Origin: Clostridia bacterium
GTDB lineage: Bacteria; Bacillota; Clostridia; TANB77; CAG-508
DNA: 64,000 nt
NCBI GenBank assembly: GCA_036307105.1
Contig: JAXJYD010000026.1
Coordinates: 2-64,001, forward strand
Reading direction: 5' to 3'
Numbering within the stretch: position 1 is the first letter of the stretch; the number at the start of each line of letters is the position of its first letter. This document shows, in pieces, positions 46,794 to 55,662 of the stretch. The position numbers were made by a program, and so were the translations under genes. The notes under the pieces were generated by a model. The model did not search any database and was not told the DNA's origin. It was given only the letters and a program-made list of their open reading frames with translations.

Positions 46794-47653
46794 TGAAAGT
46801 TTTGTGCAATAAAAGATAGGAACAAATATATAATACTCTAAATATGCCTCTATTCCTATATTTCAGACTATTATTGAAATATGATTTATTCCTTACTTTT
46901 AATCGTTTTATTTCTTACTTATTACTTACTATCTTAAAATAATTACTAAAATACTATCTTTATAATTATCAAATTGTATGTATTTATTTATTATTTTCTT
47001 ATAACAAATTTATATTACTTTAGTAAAAAAACATCTTAAAAGTTATTTGGCACGTTGGCTCAAAATACCCTTATATTATAGTCAACAAAACTATATGGCT
47101 AATTTTTAAAAACGGCTTAAACTCGATTCTCGTGCGTCGTCTTTTTAGCAATTTTTGGGCTAAACTCAAGTTGCTGCAATAATTACAAAAATTTATACAA
47201 ATCAATAAAAATTACATATTATTATAATAAATATGTATAAAAGTTTAAATATAATCTTATAAAAGTGTTTATATAAGAAGATTTCATTAAATGTAAAATA
47301 AAGTATTTAATATTTAGATGATTAGTTTTATTGGTTAATTATAAAAATGTCTTAAAAACGATTTTCAGAGGTCTGAATTTATAAAAATATAATTAATTTA
47401 TAAAATAATTTAAAAAATATTAATATACAAATGTTCGTTTTTTAAATTAATAAACCGAACATTTTAAAATTTAACATTGCACAAAATTTAAAATCGGATT
47501 TTTAATTTAAAATTTTCTGATTTATTTATAAACTTTCAAAATTTTTTATTTTAGATTTTATATTTTAAAAAATCAAATTTTTAAAAATTTATTTTTTTAT
47601 TAATATTTTAAATTCATAATTGTTGAAAAATCCGCTATTCCCCTACTCCACCG
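46794..47653 (-). repeat. Right-array terminus repeat element D
   Basis: TGAAAG-TTTTGTGCAATA (46794-46811), a body collinear with element C (boxes at 47032, 47113, 47348), CATTGCACAAAA (47475-47486), an A+T tract, GCTATTCCCCTACTCCACCG (47634-47653). Confidence 0.7.
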
Positions 47654-47685
47654 TTATTATAAAACTCAAAATTTATATGAATAGA

Positions 47686-48567
47686 TTATAAATTCCAATC
47701 AATTAAAATTTTATCTGGAACTTTTAAATTTCCTTTTCCGATACCTAAAGATATATCAGGCTTATTCTTGCCATGATAGTCACTTCCACCACTTATCAAT
47801 AAATTATGTGCTTTAGTAAATTTTAGTAATTTTTCATTTTCTATATTAGAGAAAATAGAGTGATAGCACTCAATACCATCTATATTGTATTTGCTTATAA
47901 TCTTTTTTAGTTCTAAAATTTTATCTTCAATTTCTTTATACTGATATATATGAGCTATAAATGCTTTTCCCCCTGATCGGTGTATAATATCAATTATTTT
48001 CTCAACTCTAGGATAATCCTTTGCCATATTTATGTAAAAAGTATTTCCTCTTATATGATAATGGTTATTTTTAAAATTCTTAAAATCTTCCCATAAATCT
48101 GGTGGGACTTTTGATTTGTTTTCTAAATGAGATTTAATCTCATTATAAAATACTATACTAGCCCAATCTCTTGTTCTATCCCAATTTAATTCATCAATTG
48201 GTCGCAAAGTTAATTGTTCCTTTAATCCTATTTTATAAAATTCTATTAATTGTGATTCTTGTATTTTTTGCCTAGTTATGTCTTTGTAACATTCTTCCAA
48301 GTATTTACTCATTTTTTTATAATTAATACCATATCCTAAAATATCCATAACAATGTCTTTGTATTGGCTTTTTAATTCGATACCATTAATTATATTCCCT
48401 TTAAAATAATCTTTAATATTTATTCTTTCGAGTTCATTATATGCACCACATGTTTCATGATCAGTAAACGAAATCGTAGTTAATCCTAATTTTTGTGCTT
48501 CTATTAAAATTTCTTTAACTGTTTTACTACCATCAGAATTTGTAGAATGTATATGCAAGTCAATCAT
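47686..48567 (-). CDS. PHP-domain metal-dependent phosphoesterase
   Basis: MIDLHIHSTNSDG, FTDHE, IAHIY, GGSDYHG. The start is 10 nt downstream of the AbiEii stop. Confidence 0.8.
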   Translation of the reverse strand: MIDLHIHSTNSDGSKTVKEILIEAQKLGLTTISFTDHETCGAYNELERINIKDYFKGNIINGIELKSQYKDIVMDILGYGINYKKMSKYLEECYKDITRQKIQESQLIEFYKIGLKEQLTLRPIDELNWDRTRDWASIVFYNEIKSHLENKSKVPPDLWEDFKNFKNNHYHIRGNTFYINMAKDYPRVEKIIDIIHRSGGKAFIAHIYQYKEIEDKILELKKIISKYNIDGIECYHSIFSNIENEKLLKFTKAHNLLISGGSDYHGKNKPDISLGIGKGNLKVPDKILIDWNL

Positions 48568-48577
48568 ATTTTACCTC

Positions 48578-49423
48578 CTAATTTTGTAAAATCTTTCCAA
48601 TTTGTTTCAAACTCTCAATTAAATTTTCATACTCTATATCTTTAGCATAAAAATTATCTTTTTGATATCTTTCCCATTGTTTTTTCATAATATTGCTATT
48701 TTCTAATTGCACAATTGATTTTGGCCATTCATTTATTATCGCTAATGAATTTCGATGTTCTGCCGTAGAATAAATAGCATTTTTCAATATATCATAATCT
48801 ATGTTTTTCTTTTGTGTATTTAATAACATATATACATCATAATAATCTCTAACTCTAGTTCCTAAAATTCCTCTTTTTATAATAGATTCAAATTTTTCAG
48901 CAATGACAGTTTCAATATTATATGACCAAATTTTTATTTTTCTATCTTCTAACATTAAATCAAAAGTATATTCAATTTCCTTGTATGTAATTTTATCTCC
49001 AGTAGTTATATCTATCTTCATAATAACTGGCATTGAATATAAATAATTGGCTTTAAAAGTAACTCTAAAGCCACCATAATCATCATCTTCTCTGATTAAC
49101 TCTATTTTTTGTATATCAAAAGTAACATCATCATCAAGAGATATATTACAAATTTCATTAATAATTTTGGTTATATTTTCTTCGGTAAGTTTAAATCCTT
49201 TTATAGTAGTATCCATATCCATTGTTGTTCTACTATCAATTCCGAGCATTGCTGAAATTAACATTCCACCTTTTAAAATAAAGTTATCTTTGTATTTTGA
49301 GATAGAAATTCTCTCTAAAAATCTTTCAAGCATATATGTTTGTAAAACTGATTGTGCAGAAACCTTATTCTCTTTTGCTATATTATTTATTATTGCTTTT
49401 AAACTCATTGGATTTCTTTTCAT
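48578..49423 (-). CDS. AbiEii/AbiGii-family nucleotidyltransferase toxin
   Basis: MKRNPMSLKAIINNIAKENKVSAQSVLQTYMLERFLERIS..KGG...RTTMDMD is typical of AbiEii. Overlaps the AbiEi stop by 4 nt. Confidence 0.85.
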   Translation of the reverse strand: MKRNPMSLKAIINNIAKENKVSAQSVLQTYMLERFLERISISKYKDNFILKGGMLISAMLGIDSRTTMDMDTTIKGFKLTEENITKIINEICNISLDDDVTFDIQKIELIREDDDYGGFRVTFKANYLYSMPVIMKIDITTGDKITYKEIEYTFDLMLEDRKIKIWSYNIETVIAEKFESIIKRGILGTRVRDYYDVYMLLNTQKKNIDYDILKNAIYSTAEHRNSLAIINEWPKSIVQLENSNIMKKQWERYQKDNFYAKDIEYENLIESLKQIGKILQN

Positions 49424-49995
49424 CCAAGTACCTCCATATATTGTGCTAATATTTTATCTATTTTAAATTTTTTTGCATATTCTGATAATAGAATTAAATT
49501 TTTATCTTTTCTTTTCATGTATTCGTTTATTGCTGTATTAAATATCTGCAAATCAATTTTGTTTCTATCTCTAATAATATCACACATAGTCCTTTCTAAA
49601 TTATAAATTTTTACGGTCAAATTTTTCTCTATTTCTAATTCTGTTAATCCTAAATTATATAATTCTTTTTTTATATAGTGTACATTTAATAAATCGTTAT
49701 TAATTCTATTATTACTTGGAAATGTCATATCTAATTTGAATGGAGTTCTATCAGTCATTCCATAAAAATATAAAGCAGTATTATGTGAGTATACACCATT
49801 TTTATATTTCTTTCCTGTTAACCAAAATTCATTTATATCTTTATTTGGACTAGCATATATACCATGAGCTATTCTGTTTAATAATCCTATTTGAACAAGT
49901 GAATATAAAACATGCCTATCTATAGGATATTCATCTAATTTATTAGCATAAATTATTCCATTATTCTTCTCTATAATTTTTTTATAATTTTCCAT
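49420..49995 (-). CDS. AbiEi-family antitoxin (type IV TA)
   Basis: MENYKKIIEKNNGIIYANKL...LVQIGLLNRIAHGIYASP wHTH. GGAGG RBS before ATG 49995. Confidence 0.8.
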   Translation of the reverse strand: MENYKKIIEKNNGIIYANKLDEYPIDRHVLYSLVQIGLLNRIAHGIYASPNKDINEFWLTGKKYKNGVYSHNTALYFYGMTDRTPFKLDMTFPSNNRINNDLLNVHYIKKELYNLGLTELEIEKNLTVKIYNLERTMCDIIRDRNKIDLQIFNTAINEYMKRKDKNLILLSEYAKKFKIDKILAQYMEVLG

Positions 49996-50078
49996 AATAC
50001 ACCTCCGACATTTCATATACATATTATAATTCAAATGTATATGAAATGTCAAATGAAATTTAAAATTAAACAAAAAAT

Positions 50079-50107
50079 GTACCATTCTTTAAGCCAAAGG
50101 ATGGTAC
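50079..50107. terminator. Bidirectional terminator-like hairpin (copy of 44201-44229)
   Basis: GTACCAT (50079-50085) / ATGGTAC (50101-50107) flanked by A-runs, followed by the shared AAAAATAGCCCAGTATC. Confidence 0.5.
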
Positions 50108-50123
50108 AAAAAATAGCCCAGTA

Positions 50124-50983
50124 TCGATCTTTTGTGTAAATAGAGATAGGATGCAAAAAGAAAATACTTAAATTAAGTACCTCCCTTGCAGATTTTGCTA
50201 TTCCTTGATATAAGCCTATTATAGCTATATTTTATAGACAATAAAACTACATTGCTTTTTAATTAAAACTCCTTAAAATTGATTCTAGAGCTTCATAATT
50301 TTGTATTATTTTTGGTTGGATTTTTTTTCATTATTATAACCTTATAATTTATAAAAAATTATATAACTTTAGATTATTTTTTCAAAAATTCGTAAATCCT
50401 TTCATTTCAGTATTTTGCCTTATTTTTTAGGCAGTAAACTATATGGCTAATTTTTAAAAATGGCTTAAAATCGATTTTCGTGCGTCGTTTTTTAGCCATT
50501 TTTTAGTACTTTTTAAAGATACTAAAAATTAAGCATTTTTGCAAATTTTACATTATAATTATTATATTATATAAATTACACATCAAAGTCTAGACATATA
50601 ACTTGTTGGATTTTATAATAAAATGTCTTAAAAACGATTTTGACGTGTTATAAATATAAATTAATATTATAAATCATAATCTAAATTTATATAATAATTA
50701 TCATTATAAAAAATCTATATTATTAAATTATTTAAAATTATATTTTTAACATAATTAACAAATGTTCGGTTCTTAAAATTATAAATTTAACATTGCACAA
50801 ATTTAAAATTTAATTTTTCAAACTAAAATTTTTATAATTTAAAATTTAAATTATAATTTTATTTTTATTTATAATTTTGTTTCAATTTTATATACTTATC
50901 TTTGATAAGTATAATATATTTAGAATTAAAAGTTTTTAAAATTACAAATATTCTAAAAAAACTGCCTATTCCCCTATTCCCTC
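50124..50983 (-). repeat. Right-array terminus repeat element E
   Basis: TCGATC-TTTTGTGTAAAT (50124-50141), a body collinear with B' (boxes at 50269, 50461, 50624), CATTGCACAAAT (50791-50802), an A+T tract, CCTATTCCCCTATTCCCTC (50965-50983). Confidence 0.7.
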
Positions 50984-51010
50984 TTAATTTTATAATATTT
51001 ATAAAAAATT

Positions 51011-51297
51011 TTAAATTGCTTTTAATATATTGTTTGCTTTAGTATTACCAAAATCTTCACTTAATAATTTGCCTAAACTGCTTAAATTATCAAGATTATC
51101 AGCTTTAGTGTTTACTTGTTCAGCTTGCGATGCTAAAATTTGTTCATAAGTGTATTTAAGCATTGATATTTTCTCTTGTCTTTGTTCATTTGTAATTCTA
51201 TTACCATTTAACATATAATCTAAATTATAACCATATAGTTCTAAAGCTCTTAGTATTATTTCAACTTGTCCATCTAATAGACTTAATTCTACTGATA
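51011..51297 (-). pseudogene. 5'-truncated paralogue of the small gene at 40432-40746
   Basis: ...HLSVELSLLDGQVEIILRALELYGYNLDYMLNGNRITNEQRQEKISMLKYTYEQILASQAEQVNTKADNLDNLSSLGKLL. An in-frame TGA lies upstream and the paralogue's N-terminus is absent. Confidence 0.55.
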
Positions 51298-51347
51298 GAT
51301 GTAGAATTCACGATGAATTACTATTTATATAGTGTAATTTATAATTA

Positions 51348-51836
51348 TTAGTTTTCAAAATAGAATGCATATCTGCTATTATTTCTTATTAACTGTTCTC
51401 TATAATCTCCATTACTAACTTCTTTTACAATTTTTCTCCAAAATTCTTGAGCTCTCTTATTTTTTAATAATGTTCGTATTTCCCATTTACCTTTAAATTT
51501 TTTGAATATTTCATTTGCCATAAATGTTCCTGCTCCAAGTTTTCTATATTTATTTAGTACAAAAAATTCTGCTATTTCATTATAATTATCTTCATTATGC
51601 CTTTGTAAAACAAATCCTGCTAATTTTCCATTACATTTTAAAATATATGGATGTCTTTTATCTTCTTTCCAATATAATTCAAGATATTTACTCATAGCAA
51701 ATAGACCTGTATCTAGTAACTCAAAATTAGTAGTTTCATCTTCAAAAAAACTTAATTCATATGTATATAATTGCATTAAATTTAATATTATATCTTTGCC
51801 TGTTTCGTTTTTAGCTTCATACATTTCAAAATTCAT
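51348..51836 (-). CDS. GNAT-family acetyltransferase
   Basis: FVLNKYRKLGAGTFMANEIF acetyl-CoA-binding motif; 162 aa. Confidence 0.75.
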   Translation of the reverse strand: MNFEMYEAKNETGKDIILNLMQLYTYELSFFEDETTNFELLDTGLFAMSKYLELYWKEDKRHPYILKCNGKLAGFVLQRHNEDNYNEIAEFFVLNKYRKLGAGTFMANEIFKKFKGKWEIRTLLKNKRAQEFWRKIVKEVSNGDYREQLIRNNSRYAFYFEN

Positions 51837-51917
51837 AATTCATTCTCCAATCCTTTTAATATGTCTTTTTAGACTTACTTTATTACTTCAATCCATATAA
51901 ATAATTTGTGTTTCATA

Positions 51918-52391
51918 TTAACTTATCATATTTAAAGTTTTATTCATTTTTTCTATACAATAATCATTAAGTTCATCATCACTATAATTTAATAGCTTTG
52001 ATATTGCTACTAAATTTGATAATATTTTAAGTAAGTTTTCTTTTTCTAAATTCATTGTTAGTGAAGATGCAATTTTATTTGCTTCAATAAATAATTTAAC
52101 CATGTCTTTTTCACCAACATCTTCTATTCTTATCTCATCAATATTTGCTAAATCACAAAAACATAAAGTTATCATTAAACAATCAGCAAATTCAGGTATT
52201 GTTATATCAGGACTACTTTGTTTTTCGTCTTTCCAATATTTAAAACATTTTGTTTCGTATGCAAATTCACTTAATTCGCATAATAATTCTAATACTTGCT
52301 TATTAAATATCTCTTCACTTTCATAATTATATTTCTTTCTAAAATGAGCGTTAATTATTTTTTCCTTTTTATATATTTCACTTATATTCAT
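51918..52391 (-). CDS. Dimeric (all-alpha) dUTPase-like NTP pyrophosphohydrolase
   Basis: LELLCELSEFAYETKCFKYWK resembles the dUTPase_2 family core. ATG 52391 preferred. Confidence 0.55.
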   Translation of the reverse strand: MNISEIYKKEKIINAHFRKKYNYESEEIFNKQVLELLCELSEFAYETKCFKYWKDEKQSSPDITIPEFADCLMITLCFCDLANIDEIRIEDVGEKDMVKLFIEANKIASSLTMNLEKENLLKILSNLVAISKLLNYSDDELNDYCIEKMNKTLNMIS

Positions 52392-52487
52392 ACTATATCC
52401 ATCCTTCAAATTTAATACTTTTACTGTAATTATTCGATAAAATTATCTTTCTAGATCGTCTTTATTATCTTTTATTCTTGCATAAAG

Positions 52488-52934
52488 CTATCTTCTATAT
52501 ATTTTACTATCAAATAAATCTAATGGGTAAATTTTCCCTTCTTCCATATTCTTAATATCATTTAATGCTGTATCAAATCCTCTAAGTTCTTCTTTATTCA
52601 TACTTTTTACTTTATCTAATTCAATCCATTGTACATCTAACTGCTCAGTTTTATCAACTTTTATATTTTCATCTATAATATCTGCTGTAAATTTAATAGT
52701 TACAACTGTTTGTCTATTAGCTAATACGATTGTACTAATTGGTAAAACACCTGTTAATTTTATTTTACAGCCTGTTTCTTCAAATGCTTCTCTAATTGCT
52801 GCATCAGTTATAAGTTCTTTTTTATCAACATGACCTGCTGGAAAATTCCATTGACCATAACATTCTTTTTTTGCCTCTTGAACCATTAATATTTTATTTT
52901 CTCTTACAATTAAAGAACCAGCTACTATTATCAT
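52488..52934 (-). CDS. NUDIX hydrolase
   Basis: Nudix box PAGHVDKKELITDAAIREAFEETGC. Confidence 0.8.
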   Translation of the reverse strand: MIIVAGSLIVRENKILMVQEAKKECYGQWNFPAGHVDKKELITDAAIREAFEETGCKIKLTGVLPISTIVLANRQTVVTIKFTADIIDENIKVDKTEQLDVQWIELDKVKSMNKEELRGFDTALNDIKNMEEGKIYPLDLFDSKIYRR

Positions 52935-53016
52935 AATTTAATCATCTCCTATCAATATTTATTTTTCGTCAATAACTTGTTTTTTATTGATATTATATAA
53001 TAAAAATGTTTTTTTA

Positions 53017-53541
53017 TCAACGCTCATGATTATTTTTATTTGTTTTATTTATATGTGCTTTTTCTTTATTATATTTAAACATTCTTTTAGTTAAATCTAT
53101 TCTTGCTTTCTTTATTTCTTCTTCAGTGAGTGATCTAAAACCTGCATTTTCAAAATCATCTCCAATTACAAAGCAATTTCCTGCAATATAATCATAAGTT
53201 AAATCTAAATTAGGGTACATTTTTAATATTTTTCCTTCTTCATTACATATAAGTAGCATATCATCAATATAGGGTACTACCTCGATTAGTCCATCTACTA
53301 ATTTTTGCTTTGCCTCTAAAGTATCCTCTATTTCTATTACTTCAGGTAATTTTACTGTTTTTTCTAAATATTCTAATCTTCTTTGATTTACAGCATAACC
53401 TTTTAGCATATAATCTTTTAAAATTTTGTTTGCCCATTGCCTAAAAATTACACCATTTTTTGATTTTACGCGATAACCTACAGATATAATTACATCCAAA
53501 TTATAGAATGGTACCTGTTGTTTTACTCCATCAACGCGCAT
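53017..53541 (-). pseudogene. Chimeric fragment: 5'-truncated RhuM-family core fused to an unrelated (DUF3846-like?) C-terminus
   Basis: PFYNLDVIISVGYRVKSKNGVIFRQWANKILKDY is the RhuM core, but the family N-terminus is missing. The ORF starts 8 nt from a truncated transposase gene. Confidence 0.5.
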
Positions 53542-53548
53542 TTTTTGC

Positions 53549-54442
53549 GTGTTGTTATTTTTACATCACAGAAGAAAAAGAAAAGAATGTGAAGGAATGA
53601 TGTTACAAGCAGATGGTACTCCATTTGATTGGTTTGGAAGTGGAGAAAAATACTCGCTTCATGGTTTTATAGATGATGCTACAGGAAAAGTAACAGGATT
53701 ATATATGTGTAAGAATAAATGTTTACTTGGATATCTAGAAGTTTTAAGACAGACATTAGAAAATTATGGGATTCCAATTTCTCTATATCCAGATAAATAT
53801 AGTGTATTTTTTCCGCCAAAAAAAGTTAACGACCATATAACAATTGAAGAGCAGTTAAATGGTCGTGAAAAAGGTATTACTCAATTTGGTAGAATTGTAG
53901 AAGATTTAGGAATTACTATGTTTGCAGCATCATCTCCCCAAGCAAAAGGAAGAATAGAAAGATTATGGGAAACATTACAAAGTAGGCTTGTAACAGAATT
54001 TAGAATTAATAAAATAACATCTATAGAGCAAGCAAATAAATTTCTAATAACATATATAGTTAAGTATAATTCACAATTTGCAATAAAGCCACAAAACAAA
54101 CAAAACATGTTTTTAAAACTACCAAAAAGATATAATCTTGATGAACTTTTATGTGTTAGATTTGAAAGAACAATTGACAATGCTGGAGTATTTTCAATAA
54201 ATAATAGCAAATTCCAAATAATGGATAAAAGTCTACCACCAAAGACAAAAGTTCAAGTATATTTAAGTAAAAAAATTGGAATGCGTGTTAAATCTAAGAA
54301 TAAAATTTATGATGTACAGCCTTTAGAAGTAATATCTAAAGACATAATAGATAATAATTCACTAGATTTACATTTATGGTTACCAGACGTTGTAGTTGAT
54401 TTAATCAATGAATATTATCTAAAAGATGCAAAAGCATCATAA
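53549..54442 (+). mobile_element. 5'-truncated DDE (rve/integrase-core) transposase remnant
   Basis: ...QADGTPFDWFG....LHGFIDDATGKV...YPDKYSVF...SPQAKGRIERLW (D, D, E region). It lacks the N-terminal HTH, and no inverted repeats were identified. Confidence 0.65.
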
Positions 54443-54816
54443 AATAAATCTATCGCCTAATTATATTATAGGCAAAAAGATAGAATTTAAACAAAAAATA
54501 AATCTTGATCCTGCCTCCGCGGCGAGCGGATTAACTCAAGATATACATATGGTGAAATATTCGCTAATAAAATAAAGTTATTTTAAAGTGAAATTTTCAA
54601 AAATTATTGACAGTTAATATTTGAATTGTAATTAAAATTTAATAAAATTGTAATAATTAATAAGCCATATCTTTATCAATTATAAATTTTGTAAAAAGCA
54701 GTTTTAGAATTATATTTTTTATTTAATATATTAAATATTTATGTCTATAAATTGATACTCTGTCCTTCTCTTTCCCATTCTAGCTTAATGACTACAATAA
54801 ATTTAATCTATGCCTA

Positions 54817-55509
54817 TTATTTCTCATCTTTTTTATTGAATTTCCAAATTATTAAAGCTATTATATATGTTATAACCAGCATCACAAATGGAATAGATAT
54901 TGCTATTAATAAACCATTTTGAGTAAAATAATACCAATCGTGTGCTGGTGATACTTTCCCATCTTTCATATTTAGTAATACATTACTTGTATAATACATT
55001 TCATACAATATAGTTGGAATTAATCCATAAAATGTGTGTTTAAATTTTATAGCATTTGTTTTTTCAAAAATTGTAAAATTGATTATGCTAGTTACAGGTA
55101 TTATACAATGAAAAAACAAATTACTATTCCTTATTAATGGCAAAAGTCCATTTTTTAATAAGATAGAGAAAATAATAAATACAACAAAAAATGTTAAACC
55201 AATAGCAGTTACAGCTATCATCTTTAAGATGTAATATTTAAATGGTATTTTTGTTATTTTTCCTCTTAAAAGTTGTATTTCTTTTATTGCAAAAGCAAAT
55301 GATACTATTGCCATAAACACATTAGATTGAACAGTAAAATAGCCAAATGCTTGAAGTCCTGTTAATTCTCCAGGAGTTTCATAACCTTTCATAAATTTAA
55401 ATCCTGAGAGTGCAATAGCCAATGCTACTACTGTCATAATTACTATTAATATATTTAATGCTATTGAAATTTTTATATTTGTATTATTTATTTTTTTCAT
55501 CTTTTGCAT
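54817..55509 (-). CDS. Hypothetical 6-TM membrane protein (Pr6Pr-like?)
   Basis: FGYFTVQSNVFMAIV motif and six hydrophobic segments. Family assignment is tentative. Confidence 0.4.
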   Translation of the reverse strand: MQKMKKINNTNIKISIALNILIVIMTVVALAIALSGFKFMKGYETPGELTGLQAFGYFTVQSNVFMAIVSFAFAIKEIQLLRGKITKIPFKYYILKMIAVTAIGLTFFVVFIIFSILLKNGLLPLIRNSNLFFHCIIPVTSIINFTIFEKTNAIKFKHTFYGLIPTILYEMYYTSNVLLNMKDGKVSPAHDWYYFTQNGLLIAISIPFVMLVITYIIALIIWKFNKKDEK

Positions 55510-55662
55510 ACCTCACTTTTTGTTTCTATTTTAATTTTATACTAATATTTTCTTTTTTTTGCAACACCTTATAATCAGGATTTTTATATATTATTTGATA
55601 CATTGTTGCAATTAATAACTAATAATACAAGCATTAGGAAGCATATAAATTTTTAATAATAA

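Noticed and set aside
39161-51000. CRISPR array or CRISPR leader as an explanation for the repeated boxes and A+T-rich tracts
   Set aside because: Box spacing is irregular (65-330 nt), the copies are imperfect, the repeated units are hundreds of nt long and mirror-oriented, and there are no cas genes in the window.
54490-54540. G+C-rich segment CCTGCCTCCGCGGCGAGCGG as a structured RNA or tRNA fragment
   Set aside because: It is too short, has no cloverleaf, and is more simply part of the IS remnant end.
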